Assembly: GCA_945877545.1 (NCBI GenBank)
Contig: CAMCSO010000003.1
Span: 1 to 52,632, forward strand
Reading direction: 5' to 3'
Length of the DNA stretch: 52,632 nt
Source: Bifidobacterium breve
Lineage (GTDB): Bacteria > Actinomycetota > Actinomycetes > S36-B12
Below the pieces are notes generated by a model, which was given only the letters and a program-made list of their open reading frames with translations, was not told the origin of the DNA and ran no database searches. The position numbers and the translations under genes are program-made. Positions 9,754-21,466 of this stretch are shown here, piece after piece. How positions within the stretch are numbered: position 1 is the stretch's first letter; the number at the start of each line of letters is the position of its first letter.

Positions 9754-10515
9754 CTAGTCCGTCGGCGCCAACGGCTGACCGATTGTTGTTGGCAGTTCTG
9801 GCGACGCGACGTCGTAGACCCGGGCCCTCGTCTTCATGAGCGCCTTCAGGACACGCGCCTTGAGGAGGGGCCGCTCTGCGCTCCCCCACCTGATCACGAT
9901 GCCAGAGTCGAGAATGAGTTCGACGTCATCGCGCGTTGTCGCCGAGGCGAGCGCCACCCGCGAGAGCAGTTCCGGCGGGATGGTCCCGAGGACTCTCATG
10001 GCGGTCACAAGGCCCACCCCGTCGCCTCGCACGGTCGGCAGCCCCGGCTCAAGTGGCTCAGGAGGGACGAACACGGCGCCGCCAGGATCCAATGCCGCCT
10101 GGGAACCCTCCAGAAGGGCGGCCGCCTCCCGCGGCACGACCACGAGGACCACACCTCTGGGCCAGGACCTCACGACCGCCGATGCCCGAACCCACGGAAG
10201 TGTCTCAATCCCCGCCCGCACCTGAGCCGTGTCGAGTCGAGCCATCTGCAGCCCGATTGGTACGTCGGCAGCGTCAAGCACCCGATTGACGAGAATTCCC
10301 GACACGCCGGTAACCTCCACCCTGCTGATTACCAGAACCGACGAAAACCACACGACCCAGACGAGTCCCCCCGCGACAACGATTGCCACGATGAACACGA
10401 ATCGAGACACCCGCCAGCCCCGGCTGCGGGCGGGGTCACGGGCTGGATTTCGCTGCTCCCTGGTACGGCGGGGCCGATCACCTGTCGCCATCAGGCCGGT
10501 CGCATCGGCTGTCAC
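9754..10515 (-). CDS. ftsQ: Cell division protein FtsQ/DivIB
   Basis: Single TM, POTRA-like region (LPWVRASAVVRSWP), WGS...K and YDVASPELP; between murC and ftsZ. Confidence 0.9.
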   Translation of the reverse strand: MTADATGLMATGDRPRRTREQRNPARDPARSRGWRVSRFVFIVAIVVAGGLVWVVWFSSVLVISRVEVTGVSGILVNRVLDAADVPIGLQMARLDTAQVRAGIETLPWVRASAVVRSWPRGVVLVVVPREAAALLEGSQAALDPGGAVFVPPEPLEPGLPTVRGDGVGLVTAMRVLGTIPPELLSRVALASATTRDDVELILDSGIVIRWGSAERPLLKARVLKALMKTRARVYDVASPELPTTIGQPLAPTD

Positions 10516-11918
10516 GCACCTTCGCGCAGGCGTAGGAGGTCAAGGACTTCGAGGCCGATCATGCCGATGTCTCCGGCACCGAGGGTCATGATGATGTCGC
10601 CACTGCTCGCCCGTTCTACGAGGTGGCCCGCAACGGCCGACCATGAGGGCTCGAACACCACATGTGAGGCGTCCAGCGGCACGTTCGCCGCCATCGTCTG
10701 CCCGCTCGCGCCCGGGATGGCAGTCTCGCCCGGGGCGAATACCTCAAGCACCACGACCTCGTCGGCGAGGCCTAGAGCTGCGCCGAATTCGGTGATGAAC
10801 ATCGCCGTACGGTAGTAGTGGTGAGCCTGAAAGGCCACGACGACGCGGCCCTCACCCGCTACATCGCGTGCCGCGTGCAAGGTCGCCTCAATCTCGGTCG
10901 GGTGATGGGCATAGTCGTCGAAGACCCGCACTCCACCGACTTCACCCTTGAAGTCAAACCTGCGACGGGTGCCGCTAAAGCCCGAGAGCCCCTCGACCAT
11001 CGCTACAGCCGGTTGTCCGAGCCCGACGCCAGTGACGAATGCGGCGAGGGCGTTGAGCGCATTGTGGCGTCCGGGTACCTGGAGCGCGATCCTTCCAAGC
11101 GTCACACCGAGGGGGTCAACGACCCCAAAGGTCCAGCCCCGTCCGGTCCACACGAGATCAGCCATGGTGAAGTCAGCATTCGACGCGCTTGCGTAGGTAC
11201 GGACATCGACTCCGGCCGCACCGGCCCGTTCAGCGAGCCGGGCCGCGCCGGGGTCGTCTGCGCAAACGACGAGGAAACCTGACCTGTCGCGGATTCCGAT
11301 GGCAAACTCCAAGAACGCCGCTTCAATCGCTTCGAAGGTACCCCAGTGATTGAGATGGTCGGCCTCGACATTCGTGACAATCCCAACGAATGGCGCGTAC
11401 TGCAGGAACGCCCCATCGCTCTCATCCGCCTCGACAACGAAGATGTCGCCACTGCCGAGATGCGCATTCGACCCGGATTCGTTGAGTTCACTTCCGATGG
11501 CGAATGACGGGTCTACGCCGCAGTGCTGCAGCGCGATCGTGACCATCGACGTCGTCGTCGTCTTGCCGTGTGTTCCGGCAACGGCGACTGTCAAGTAACC
11601 CTCCATGATCATGGCGAGCGCGTCGGCGCGACTCAGTTCCCGGAGGCCGCGTTCGGCTCCCGCAAGCCGCTCGACATTGGAAGTCGGAATAGCCGTGGAG
11701 ACGACGATCGTCTGCGCACCCTCCACCTGCTCAGGGCGGTGGCCGACGTGAATGTCGACACCGATTGCTCGAAGTGCGTCAAGACGCCGCGAATCCTTCG
11801 CATCGCTCCCCGAGACTGCAACGCCGCGGGCGACGAGGATTCGTGCGATGCCAGACATGCCGGCGCCCCCGATGCCAATGATGTGAACTCGACCAAGCCG
11901 CTCAAGTGCATCACTCAT
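10512..11918 (-). CDS. murC: UDP-N-acetylmuramate--L-alanine ligase
   Basis: [35 protein letters not shown]. Confidence 0.96.
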   Translation of the reverse strand: MSDALERLGRVHIIGIGGAGMSGIARILVARGVAVSGSDAKDSRRLDALRAIGVDIHVGHRPEQVEGAQTIVVSTAIPTSNVERLAGAERGLRELSRADALAMIMEGYLTVAVAGTHGKTTTTSMVTIALQHCGVDPSFAIGSELNESGSNAHLGSGDIFVVEADESDGAFLQYAPFVGIVTNVEADHLNHWGTFEAIEAAFLEFAIGIRDRSGFLVVCADDPGAARLAERAGAAGVDVRTYASASNADFTMADLVWTGRGWTFGVVDPLGVTLGRIALQVPGRHNALNALAAFVTGVGLGQPAVAMVEGLSGFSGTRRRFDFKGEVGGVRVFDDYAHHPTEIEATLHAARDVAGEGRVVVAFQAHHYYRTAMFITEFGAALGLADEVVVLEVFAPGETAIPGASGQTMAANVPLDASHVVFEPSWSAVAGHLVERASSGDIIMTLGAGDIGMIGLEVLDLLRLREGA

Positions 11919-13018
11919 GCTCGTGCCCTTCGTCCCAATGCGATCCCCATGACCGTACGGGCGAGCTGTTCGTCGGCGTCGCGCACCCCATGCGAGGCCG
12001 CCGCATCGGCCATCGCATCAAGCCGGGAAGGGTCACCGAGAAGCGGTTCTAGCGCCATGAGCAGCGTTGCGGTAGTGAGGTCGGCATCGTCAATGATGAT
12101 GCCGCCATCGGCCCTCACGACCGGCAGGGCGTTGAGCCGTTGCTCGCCGTTTCCGATCGGCAGCGGTACATAGACGGCGGGCAGCCCGACTGCCGCGAGC
12201 TCCGCACACGTCATGGCTCCCGCCCTCGTCAGAGCGATATCGGCCGCCGCATATGCGAGGTCCATCCGCTCGAGGTAGGGCACGCTCACGTAACCAGCAT
12301 GTGCTGGCGGCTGGGGATTGCGGGTCCCATACGCATGAAGCACCTGCACGCCGCCAGCGGTGAGCTCCGCAATTGCGCCGCTCACCGCCTCGTTGAGGCG
12401 GGTCGCTCCCTGGGATCCGCCGAAGACGAGGAGCACCGGCGCGTCGGGCCTCAAGCCGAAGGCCTCGCGGGCCTGCGCACGAAGGGTCGCCCTGTCGAGG
12501 TGGGAAATTGCCTGACGCAGAGGCAATCCGATGACACTCGCGCCGCGGATCGTCCCGGGCACCGAGGAGAACACATGAGGGGTGAGGCGGGCGCCGACCC
12601 GATTGGCAAGACCAGGACGGGCATTCGCTTCGTGCACCACGAGCGGGACCCCGCGGCGGCGGGCGGCGAGGTAGGTCGGGAGGGCTGCATAACCACCGAA
12701 ACCAACCACAATGTCGGCCCGAAACCCATCAAGCAGCCTGGCGGACTCCTGGGTCGCGCGCCAGGCACCTGGGACCACATGAACGAGATCGAGGGATGGC
12801 CGCCGTGGCATCGGGGCCGACCGCACGGTCGCGATGGCATATCCGCGCGCCGGCACGAGTGAGGTTTCTAGGCCCCTCTCGCCCCCGATGACGATGATCG
12901 ACGTGGCCGGGTCGATTCGGAGCAGTGCGTCTGCCAGATTGAGGGCCGGCTCGATATGCCCGGCCGTTCCACCTGCGGCGAGAACAACGCGAAGTGCGTC
13001 AGACCCTGCGACGCTCAT
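11915..13018 (-). CDS. murG: Lipid II GlcNAc transferase MurG
   Basis: [32 protein letters not shown]. Confidence 0.96.
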   Translation of the reverse strand: MSVAGSDALRVVLAAGGTAGHIEPALNLADALLRIDPATSIIVIGGERGLETSLVPARGYAIATVRSAPMPRRPSLDLVHVVPGAWRATQESARLLDGFRADIVVGFGGYAALPTYLAARRRGVPLVVHEANARPGLANRVGARLTPHVFSSVPGTIRGASVIGLPLRQAISHLDRATLRAQAREAFGLRPDAPVLLVFGGSQGATRLNEAVSGAIAELTAGGVQVLHAYGTRNPQPPAHAGYVSVPYLERMDLAYAAADIALTRAGAMTCAELAAVGLPAVYVPLPIGNGEQRLNALPVVRADGGIIIDDADLTTATLLMALEPLLGDPSRLDAMADAAASHGVRDADEQLARTVMGIALGRRARA

Positions 13019-14226
13019 CAGCGCCTGCGATTCGTCTGAGTGGTCGACTTACGACGCAGTGCGATTCGGGCGCCTGGTTCCTGGCGGGCGAACGCCAAAA
13101 GCATGCCGATCGCGGCGAGAGTCGGAAGCAGGGAGGAACCTCCGTAGGACACCAGGGGCAGTGGCACACCCGAGATAGGGAGCAGGCCGAGTACCGAACC
13201 GATGTTGAGGATCGCCTGGACCACGATCCAGCATCCAACTCCTGCCGACGCGAGCCGAACGAACGGATCCTTCGTCTTGCGGGTGAGCCGGAAGATCCCA
13301 AATGACAGTACTCCAAAGAGCACGAGGACGATGAACGTGCCGATCAGTCCAAGTTCCTCCCCGATGACCGGAAAGATGAAGTCGGTGTGCGCCTCAGGGA
13401 GCGCCCCCCACTTCTCGCGGCTGGCGCCGAGCCCCACGCCCCAGAGGCCGCCGGTCCCGAGTGCGTACTGCCCCTGCGTCAACTGCCAGCCGGCTCCGAG
13501 CCGGTCGGCGGCCGGATCCATCCACGACATGACGCGAGCCATTCGATAGGGCGCGGCGAGGCTGAGCAGGTAAATGGCCACCAGGCCCACGGCCCCGAGT
13601 ACGGCGAACAGTCGAAGTGGGGCACCGGCAGCGAACAGGATGCCTGCGGTAATGACCGCGATCATGAAAGCATTTCCGAAGTCACCCTCAAGGAGCACGA
13701 GTACAACCATGAGGAAGGACACCGGGAGCAGCGGCACGAGCAGATGAGACCAGGTGTGGATACGGAGATCCTTGCGGGTGAGGAGATCGGCGCCCCAGAC
13801 AATGATCCCGAGCTTGGCGAACTCCGATGGCTGGAGTCGGAAGGGCCCGAACAACTCGATCCAGTTCTGCTGGCCCCTCACCTCCACGCCGATGACGAGA
13901 ACCGCCACCAGAAGCGCAAGGGATCCCAGGAGAAGGATCCAGGCGAGACCCCGCCAGAACTGAATTGCGGTCCGGGCGGCCAAAAACATGACAAAGATGC
14001 CGATGACGGCGAACATTCCCTGTCGCTGGGCGAGCGTGTAGGCGGAACCGAACACCTTGAAGCTCTCAATACTCGATGCGGAGGTGACCATCACCACGCC
14101 GATCACCAGGAGAAGGAGGGTCGAACCGGCGATGATGTAGTAGGTGCTCAGTGGATTGTTGAACGCGACCCTGATCCCGCTCGAAGGGGGACCATCGACC
14201 GTCCGACTTCCATCGGTCATCGTCAT
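13018..14226 (-). CDS. ftsW: SEDS glycosyltransferase FtsW
   Basis: [31 protein letters not shown]; multi-TM. Confidence 0.96.
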   Translation of the reverse strand: MTMTDGSRTVDGPPSSGIRVAFNNPLSTYYIIAGSTLLLLVIGVVMVTSASSIESFKVFGSAYTLAQRQGMFAVIGIFVMFLAARTAIQFWRGLAWILLLGSLALLVAVLVIGVEVRGQQNWIELFGPFRLQPSEFAKLGIIVWGADLLTRKDLRIHTWSHLLVPLLPVSFLMVVLVLLEGDFGNAFMIAVITAGILFAAGAPLRLFAVLGAVGLVAIYLLSLAAPYRMARVMSWMDPAADRLGAGWQLTQGQYALGTGGLWGVGLGASREKWGALPEAHTDFIFPVIGEELGLIGTFIVLVLFGVLSFGIFRLTRKTKDPFVRLASAGVGCWIVVQAILNIGSVLGLLPISGVPLPLVSYGGSSLLPTLAAIGMLLAFARQEPGARIALRRKSTTQTNRRR

Positions 14227-15668
14227 GATGTCTCACCCCCTCGCGGCGCAGCCCCCAGCATGTCAACGGCCGCCGCGAACTGATCCCCGCGATGACCGTA
14301 GTCGCGGAACATGTCCCAAGAGGCGCAGCCGGGCGCGAGAAGAACCGTGTCGCCGGGAAGTGCCAGAGCCATCGCAGCGGCCACAGCGTCCACCATCGCG
14401 CTCGGATCACCTGAACTAATCACTGTTGTCGGCACGGACGGTGCGTGCCGCCCGAGGGCTTGAGCAATCAACTCCCTGTCGACCCCGAGGAGCACGACTC
14501 CGCGGAGCCGCTCCCCCACCGTCTTGACCAACTCGTCGAAGTCCTGGCCCTTCGCCATTCCCCCTGCGATCCAAACGACGTTCGGGAACGCCTTCATCGA
14601 GGTCAGTGCGGCGTGTGCGTTTGTCGCCTTTGAGTCATCGACGAATGACACCCCGTCAATCGTTGCGACGTGGGCGATCCGATGTGCCGCAGGAACGAAG
14701 GCCCGAAGTCCCTCGCGGATCGCAACCGCGCTCACGCCGTATGCGCGTGCCAGCGCTGCCGCTGCCAGTGCGTTCGCAACATTGTGGGGCGCTGGCGGCC
14801 TGACATCCCCGATGCTTGCAAGTTCCTGCGCCGAGGAGGCCCGGTCTGGAACAAATGCCCGATCGATGAGGAGGTTCTCCACGAGCCCGAGCATGGAAAG
14901 GCCCGGCGCGCCCAGCGTGAACCCGATTGCGCGGCATCCCTCGATGACGTCAGCACCCTCAACCATCGCTCGAGTGCGCTCGTCCTCGACGTTGTAGATG
15001 GCTGCCACCTGAGTCTGCTCATAGATTCGGGCCTTCGCCGCGACATAGGCCTCAGCGCTCCCGAAGTGGTCAATGTGATCGTCCGCAATGTTGAGGCACA
15101 CCGACGCCAGTGGGCTCATTGAAGTAACGAACGGCAGTTGCGGCGCGCCCACCTCGACGGCGATCACATCGACCTCGTCATGCATGACGACACCGACGAG
15201 GGACATCCCGATGTTCCCTGCTGAGCACGTGCGCAACCCAGCGGCGCGAAGCATGGATTCCAGCATGAGGGTCGTTGTGGTCTTGCCGTTCGTCCCGGTT
15301 ATGACGAGCCATGGCGCTGGTGATGCGGCCGGACGCAGCCGCCAGGCAAGCTCGAGTTCACCCCAGACGGGCACCCCTTGGTCACGGGCCTGTTCGATGA
15401 CCGGGCTCGTGGGGGGCAGCCCCGGAGACACAATGAGAACGTCGCATTCGGGGAGCCCTCCGGTGAATCCGAGACGCACATCGACGCCGATTACGTCAAG
15501 GATCTCTGCACGCTCACGCAGCGCGGGCGAGTCCCCCGAGTCGATGAGGACCACTCGAGCGCCGAGTTGTGCGAGTGCGTCGGCACAGGCAAACCCGGCA
15601 ACACCGATCCCCGCGACCACCGCGTTGACGCGGCTCCAGTCGGATGTTCGATGCAGCGAATCGATCAC
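14223..15668 (-). CDS. murD: UDP-MurNAc-L-Ala--D-glutamate ligase
   Basis: GTNGKTTTT, GNIG, DDSKATN, PGCASWDMF; start GTG 15668 overlaps mraY stop (GTGA). Confidence 0.95.
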   Translation of the reverse strand: MIDSLHRTSDWSRVNAVVAGIGVAGFACADALAQLGARVVLIDSGDSPALRERAEILDVIGVDVRLGFTGGLPECDVLIVSPGLPPTSPVIEQARDQGVPVWGELELAWRLRPAASPAPWLVITGTNGKTTTTLMLESMLRAAGLRTCSAGNIGMSLVGVVMHDEVDVIAVEVGAPQLPFVTSMSPLASVCLNIADDHIDHFGSAEAYVAAKARIYEQTQVAAIYNVEDERTRAMVEGADVIEGCRAIGFTLGAPGLSMLGLVENLLIDRAFVPDRASSAQELASIGDVRPPAPHNVANALAAAALARAYGVSAVAIREGLRAFVPAAHRIAHVATIDGVSFVDDSKATNAHAALTSMKAFPNVVWIAGGMAKGQDFDELVKTVGERLRGVVLLGVDRELIAQALGRHAPSVPTTVISSGDPSAMVDAVAAAMALALPGDTVLLAPGCASWDMFRDYGHRGDQFAAAVDMLGAAPRGGETS

Positions 15669-16735
15669 GCGCGGACCCACTCGGCGTAGAACACCGTGAG
15701 CCCCGCCCCGATGCACAGGCCTTGGATAATCCAAAAGCGCACGACAATCTGAATCTCAGCCCAGCCGAGCATCTCGAAGTGGTGATGCAGTGGCGCCATT
15801 CGCAGGATTCGTCGGCCGGTGAGCTTGAATGATCCGACCTGGCCGATCACTGAAAGGGAGGTGATGAGGAACAGACCCGCGAGCATCGGGAGCAGGAGCT
15901 CGGTTCGACTCAGGATGGCGAGCCCAGCAATCCCGCCACCGAGCGCCAAAGACCCGGTGTCACCCATGAAAATTCGCGCCGGTGCCGTGTTCCACCACAG
16001 GAATCCAAAGCTCGCCCCGGCGGTGGCCGCCGCCACCATCGCGAGGTCGAGCGGATTCACCGTGGAATAACAGGTGCTTGGATCAACATCGAGGAATGAG
16101 CAGTTTTGGCCGTATTGCCAAAGGCAGATGAGCACATATGACAGGAAGGTCATGATCGAGGCGCCGATCGCAAGACCGTCGAGTCCGTCGGTGAGGTTCA
16201 CCCCATTTGTCGTTGCGGTCACGAGGAACCACACCCACAGAAGGAAGAGTGCCACCGGAAGGACGAGCGAAGTATCGCGGACGAAGGAGACGGCCATCGA
16301 CGCAGGCGTAGGACCCCCATCGGTGAAGTGCAACGACAGCCAGGCGAAGCCCAATGCCACCACGGCCTGGCCAATGAGCTTCGTCCGCGCCCGAAGTCCG
16401 GTGCTCCGCTGCTTGAAGATCTTCAGGTAGTCGTCGGCAAAGCCGACGAGGCCGAGGCCGACCATAAGGAAAATGACGAGGAGACCCGAGGGGGTCATGG
16501 GTCGCCAAGCAAGGAGATGGGTCAAGGCGTAGCCCCCGATGACAGCCAGGATGATCGCCGCGCCGCCCATCGAGGGCGTCCCGCGCTTACCCTCGTGGGC
16601 TGGGTAGAGCTCACCCTCCACTGACACTCGAATCGCCTGCGCATAACCACGGCGAGCGAGCAGTTTGATGAGCAATGGCGTTCCGACAAGCGAAATAATG
16701 GTTGCGATGCCAGCCGCCATGACGATGAGTCTCAC
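15665..16735 (-). CDS. mraY: Phospho-MurNAc-pentapeptide transferase
   Basis: KRGTPSMGG, GFADDY, NLTDGLDGLA, FMGDTGS, APLHHHFE. Confidence 0.97.
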   Translation of the reverse strand: MRLIVMAAGIATIISLVGTPLLIKLLARRGYAQAIRVSVEGELYPAHEGKRGTPSMGGAAIILAVIGGYALTHLLAWRPMTPSGLLVIFLMVGLGLVGFADDYLKIFKQRSTGLRARTKLIGQAVVALGFAWLSLHFTDGGPTPASMAVSFVRDTSLVLPVALFLLWVWFLVTATTNGVNLTDGLDGLAIGASIMTFLSYVLICLWQYGQNCSFLDVDPSTCYSTVNPLDLAMVAAATAGASFGFLWWNTAPARIFMGDTGSLALGGGIAGLAILSRTELLLPMLAGLFLITSLSVIGQVGSFKLTGRRILRMAPLHHHFEMLGWAEIQIVVRFWIIQGLCIGAGLTVFYAEWVRA

Positions 16736-18114
16736 GACTGGTCCTTCGACATGAGGGCCGCTGCCAGACGTTCAAGTCCGATGCTCCGGGACGCTTTGAC
16801 GAGCACCACATCACCGGGGCTGAGCTCACTGCGAAGTAGGGTGATTGCCTCATCGGGGGTGGCAACCCACGTCGCTTCCGTGAGAAAAGAGCCCTCGGCC
16901 TTACACGCTCGCTCCATGGGACGTGCGCCCTCGCCGATGCCCACCAACCTGGTAATTCCCAGATCGCCGACCAGCCGGCCGATTGCCTCGTGCTCCGCCT
17001 CCGCGGTCTCGCCAAGCTCCTTCATCTCGCCGAGAACAGCCCAGCTGCGATGACCCGTCGACATCGACGCAAGGACCTCTAGTCCGGCGCGCATCGAGTC
17101 GGGGTTCGCGTTGTACGCGTCATTCACGATGATCCAGCCCTCTTCGGACTCACGCACCTCCATGCGCCACTTGCTCTGGGGCATCGATGCGCCAAGTGCC
17201 GCGGCAATCGACTCGATCGGCACCTTAAGGGTGACGCCCACCGCGGCCGCGGCCAGCGCGTTGTGCGCCGAGTGCTCGCCGCGCAGAAGCAGTGCGACCG
17301 GGACAGCCCTGTCACCGTGGTGGAGGGTGAATGCAGGGCAGGCGCGGTCATCGAGTCGAAGGTCGGTTGCTCGGACGTCGCAGGAGGGGCCAACTCCGAA
17401 CGTCATGACGGTAGCCGCCGTGCGGCTGGCCTGCTCCATCACGGCCGCATCGTCCCCATTGACGATCGCAACCCCATCCGTTGGCAGCCCTTCGAGGATT
17501 TCTCCCTTGGCCCGCGCGATTGCCCCGACCGACCCGAGCATGCCCAGATGGGCCGAGCCTATATTGATGAGGACTCCCACGGATGGAGTGGCAATCTCGC
17601 AGAGGTATCGGATGTGACCCTCCCCCCTCATCCCCATCTCGAGCACGAGGTATTCGGTCGTTTCGTCGGCCCGCAAGATGGTGAGCGGCACTCCGACCTC
17701 GGTGTTGAAGGAGCCTGCTGCGGCAACGGTCCGGCCGCTTCGGCTAAGTACCTGCGCGACGAGATCCTTCGTACTCGTCTTGCCGCTCGAACCGGTGATT
17801 GCCACGACCGTGCATGTCAGCCGGTGGGTGCGAACCCAATGGGCGAGTCGACCGAGTGCGTGGACCGGATCGTCAACGACGAGACATGGGCCGTCAATCA
17901 CCCGAGCAGACAGTGTCACGCAGGCTCCGCTCTTGCGAGCCTGCGAAGCGAAGGCATGGCCATCGGCCCGCTCACCGGCAATCGCCACGAACATCGCTCC
18001 CGGCGCGGCCTCACGCGAGTCGACGACGACATCGGTAACCCAGGTCGCGACATCAACCTCATGGCAGACACCGCCAACGACGGCACATATCTCCCCTACG
18101 GTCATGGGAATCAT
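16732..18114 (-). CDS. murF: UDP-MurNAc-tripeptide--D-Ala-D-Ala ligase
   Basis: GSSGKTSTK, SFNTEVG, NDAYNANPDS, VKASR. Confidence 0.96.
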   Translation of the reverse strand: MIPMTVGEICAVVGGVCHEVDVATWVTDVVVDSREAAPGAMFVAIAGERADGHAFASQARKSGACVTLSARVIDGPCLVVDDPVHALGRLAHWVRTHRLTCTVVAITGSSGKTSTKDLVAQVLSRSGRTVAAAGSFNTEVGVPLTILRADETTEYLVLEMGMRGEGHIRYLCEIATPSVGVLINIGSAHLGMLGSVGAIARAKGEILEGLPTDGVAIVNGDDAAVMEQASRTAATVMTFGVGPSCDVRATDLRLDDRACPAFTLHHGDRAVPVALLLRGEHSAHNALAAAAVGVTLKVPIESIAAALGASMPQSKWRMEVRESEEGWIIVNDAYNANPDSMRAGLEVLASMSTGHRSWAVLGEMKELGETAEAEHEAIGRLVGDLGITRLVGIGEGARPMERACKAEGSFLTEATWVATPDEAITLLRSELSPGDVVLVKASRSIGLERLAAALMSKDQS

Positions 18115-19652
18115 TGATCACCGTCCGACATCCCCAGAGCCTGTCGAACCTCGTCACGATCGTCGAAGGGCAGGATCGTCCCGGTGATCTCCTGCCCCTG
18201 CTCATGTCCCTTACCGAGTACGAGCACGATGTCACCCGGTTGAGCGAGTGTCACGGCACGTCGAATCGCAAGTCTCCGGTCAGCGACCTCCTCCACATCT
18301 GCTCGGGTGCCGGCATCCAGGGCACCTTGCATGACCGCGGCCCGGATCGTTGCCGGATCCTCGGAGCGTGGATTGTCGTCGGTGACGATGACCACATCTG
18401 CGTGAGCGGCGGCGCGCGCACCCATGATCGGCCGCTTTGCCCGATCGCGGTCACCGCCAGCACCGATAACGACGATGACTCGCCCGGTCGTGTCCAAGCG
18501 GACAGTCGCGATCGCGGCCTCCATGGCGTCGGGTGAATGTGCGTAGTCGACGATCGCGGTCACCGGTCCGCCACGGCCAATCCACTCCATCCTGCCCGGC
18601 ACATGTACCTGCGACAGGCCGAACGCAGCCACGGAGCCCTCAATGCCAATCTGGCGGAGCATGACGAAGGCGCAGAGGGTGTTCGCCCGGTTGAAGGCGC
18701 CAGGGAGAGGCATGTGAAGGAGTGTCCGCTCCCCACCAGGCCCCTCGGCCATCCAGCCACCATCGCGGGGGGACAGGGTCCAATCGGCGCGCTTGGGTGC
18801 GCCCGGCGTTGTCGAGGGATCCGCGCGCGCAGACCAGGTGACCACCGGCACAGTCGCTTGTTCACTTAGGCGCCGACCCCAAGCGTCGTCGATGCCGATC
18901 ACTGCTAGTTCGCAGCGCGACGGGGTGAATAAGGCGGCCTTCGCCTCGAAGTACGCGTCCATCGTCCCGTGATAGTCAAGATGGTCCTGGCTGAGATTCG
19001 TGAATCCGGCGACCGCGAACCTCACGCCGTCGACCCGGCCCTCCTCGAGTGCATGACTTGACACCTCAACCGCGACGGAGTCCACACCCACCTCGCGCAT
19101 GACCCCGATTATCGCGTGAAAGTGAGGGGCTTCGGGTGTGGTGCGCGTCGAGGTGAGGTGCGTGTCGCCAATTCGGATCCCAATCGTTCCGATCACACCA
19201 GCCGTTCTTCCTGCAGCGCGCAGGCCCGCCTCAAGCAGGTATGACACCGTCGTCTTGCCGTTCGTGCCGGTAATGCCGAGGACTGTCATCGCCTCGGCTG
19301 GCCTTCCGTAGATGGTCGATGAGAGTTCTGCGAGACAGGCGCGCGGCGACGTCACCTCGAGTATTGGTACTCGCCTCCGTGCGCCGGCGGGCAGCAGGCT
19401 CAGGCCCTCGCTGTCGGTGAGGATCGCCGCTGCCCCACGGTCGACGGCCTGCTCGGCAAAGACCGCCCCGTGTAACACATGACCCGGCAGCGCCGCGAAG
19501 AGGTCGCCCGGTCGTACCTGCCTGGAATCGAGTTCGACACCTGTGACGAATCCACCCGCACTGCCGTGCACGCAGACAAGGTCGGGGCCGATCACCAATT
19601 CCAACACGCCTATCGACGTCTCTTGGATCGCCGGCCTCGGCAGTCGCTCCAC
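18111..19652 (-). CDS. murE: MurE ligase, diaminopimelate-adding type
   Basis: GTNGKTT, TTPE, EVSSHA, DYAHSPD, DNPR motif, GKGHE. Confidence 0.96.
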   Translation of the reverse strand: MERLPRPAIQETSIGVLELVIGPDLVCVHGSAGGFVTGVELDSRQVRPGDLFAALPGHVLHGAVFAEQAVDRGAAAILTDSEGLSLLPAGARRRVPILEVTSPRACLAELSSTIYGRPAEAMTVLGITGTNGKTTVSYLLEAGLRAAGRTAGVIGTIGIRIGDTHLTSTRTTPEAPHFHAIIGVMREVGVDSVAVEVSSHALEEGRVDGVRFAVAGFTNLSQDHLDYHGTMDAYFEAKAALFTPSRCELAVIGIDDAWGRRLSEQATVPVVTWSARADPSTTPGAPKRADWTLSPRDGGWMAEGPGGERTLLHMPLPGAFNRANTLCAFVMLRQIGIEGSVAAFGLSQVHVPGRMEWIGRGGPVTAIVDYAHSPDAMEAAIATVRLDTTGRVIVVIGAGGDRDRAKRPIMGARAAAHADVVIVTDDNPRSEDPATIRAAVMQGALDAGTRADVEEVADRRLAIRRAVTLAQPGDIVLVLGKGHEQGQEITGTILPFDDRDEVRQALGMSDGDQ

Positions 19653-19657
19653 TTGGA

Positions 19658-21466
19658 CTACGGCTTGCTGTTGACGACGAGTGGGAGGTTCGGAGGTTTC
19701 GTGCCAGTCGGGGGAATCTGGCGCGCCTGAAGGGCATAGGTCATGACCCGCTTGAAGACCGGGCCCGCAAGCCGCCCACCGTAGCGTCCCTTCTTCGGGT
19801 TTACGAGGGCAACTGCGACGACGAGCTGGGGATCATCGATCGGTGCCATCCCGATGAACGAGGCAACCACGCCCTTACCGTAACCGCCATTCAAGGGATC
19901 GAACATCTGGGCGGTTCCCGTCTTCCCCCCCACCCGATAGCCCCGGATTCCGGCCTTTGGAGCCGTTCCACCTTCTCCGACGACCGCCTCCAACATAAGG
20001 CGAATCTGGGCAGCTGTCCCCGGCGACACCACTCGGGTGGTTTTCGGTGCGGGAAGGGGAACCGCCGTGCCGTCCGGTTTCGTGACGGATCCAACGAGCG
20101 AGGGCTCGATACGCACCCCATCGTTGGCGATCGTCGCGAAAATGCTCGCCGCCTGAACACTGTTGAGGCTCAACCCTTGCCCGAAGGCGATAGTCGGGAA
20201 GGTCGTCGGAGACCATTCCGGGTAGGAAGGAACGCTGCCGGACCCCTCACCGGGAAAGTTCAGTCCAGTCTTCTCGCCAATCCCGAATTTCTTCAAGTAG
20301 CCGAGCAGGACGCGCCCGCCGATCCGCTCGGAGGCCATGATCGCCCCAATATTGCTCGACTTCGCCATGATCCCGGTGAGGGTCAGCACCTCGGCTCCGG
20401 GGGCATCGTGGTCACGAAAGAACTTTCCGCCACGCTCCAGCCTGCCGGGCACCTTGAACGTCGCATTGATGTTGGATGCGCCCTCGTTGATGACCGCGGC
20501 GAGGGTCATCACCTTGCTCGTCGAGCCAGGCTCGTAGACATCGCGGAGCGCGCGGTTGCCCCGTTGGTCCGCGGGCGCCTTCGAGACCTCGTTCGGGTTG
20601 AAGGTCGGCTCGGTGGCTAGGGCGAGAATGTGCCCGGTGCGCGGATCCATCACGACGACGGTTCCGCTGTCTGACCGCGAACTTTTCACCTTCTCCGCGA
20701 GGACTTGCTGAGCAATGTATTGAATGTCACGATCGATCGTCAGAGTGATATCCACGCCCGCGGTCGCCTCGACCCGGGTTTTCTCCGCGGTTGGGATGGC
20801 ATTCCCACCCGGACCCCGCTCATACGTCGACTTACCCTCAATCCCAGCGAGTTGCTCGTCGAACGCGAACTCGATGCCTTCCAGACCAGCGCCCTCGGCC
20901 CCAACGAAACCCACGACGTTCGCAGCCAGATCATCCGCTGGGTAGATGCGCCGTGATGAGGATGCGCCGACGAGACCAGGGATCCGAAGGGCCTCGATTC
21001 GTCGCCAGGTCTCCGGCGTGAGGCCCTTCTCGATAACGACGAAGCGTCGATTACCTGTGAGCTTCAAGGCCAGTACCCGAGGATCAACCCCAAGGATCGG
21101 CGCCAGCTCGTCGGCAGCGGAGCGCGGATCCACGATCATCGTTTGGTCGGCAGTGAGATCGCGCGACTCGACCGTCGCCGCCAAGATTTCCCCCTTTGCA
21201 TCCATGATTGACCCACGCAGGGCAGGGAGAGTCACTGTGCGCAGCCGCTGGTCGAGGGCCTCGCCAGCGAGGGCCTGACCCTTGACCGCCTGAAGTTCGA
21301 CGAGCCGCACCGCGAATCCACCGAGCACCAAAAAGGTGATGACCATCAGGGCGATACCGCGCTTCCGGGGGTCGCCAAGGGTGAGGAAGTCCCGACTTAC
21401 TGGTCGGCGATATCCACGTGAATCGCGAAGCGGCTTGGCTCGAACTGGCGCCCGAGTCTGGGTCAC
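19658..21466 (-). CDS. ftsI: Class B penicillin-binding protein FtsI/PBP3
   Basis: N-terminal TM, RGSIMD, SxxK (STSK), SxN (SSN), KTG (GKTGTAQ). Confidence 0.95.
   Translation of the reverse strand: MTQTRAPVRAKPLRDSRGYRRPVSRDFLTLGDPRKRGIALMVITFLVLGGFAVRLVELQAVKGQALAGEALDQRLRTVTLPALRGSIMDAKGEILAATVESRDLTADQTMIVDPRSAADELAPILGVDPRVLALKLTGNRRFVVIEKGLTPETWRRIEALRIPGLVGASSSRRIYPADDLAANVVGFVGAEGAGLEGIEFAFDEQLAGIEGKSTYERGPGGNAIPTAEKTRVEATAGVDITLTIDRDIQYIAQQVLAEKVKSSRSDSGTVVVMDPRTGHILALATEPTFNPNEVSKAPADQRGNRALRDVYEPGSTSKVMTLAAVINEGASNINATFKVPGRLERGGKFFRDHDAPGAEVLTLTGIMAKSSNIGAIMASERIGGRVLLGYLKKFGIGEKTGLNFPGEGSGSVPSYPEWSPTTFPTIAFGQGLSLNSVQAASIFATIANDGVRIEPSLVGSVTKPDGTAVPLPAPKTTRVVSPGTAAQIRLMLEAVVGEGGTAPKAGIRGYRVGGKTGTAQMFDPLNGGYGKGVVASFIGMAPIDDPQLVVAVALVNPKKGRYGGRLAGPVFKRVMTYALQARQIPPTGTKPPNLPLVVNSKP

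Noticed and set aside
10800-15160. Motif deviations in MurC (FQAHHYYRT) and MurD (EVGAPQL)
   Set aside because: Differ from common consensus but all ATP-binding and main catalytic motifs are intact; cannot support altered specificity without alignments
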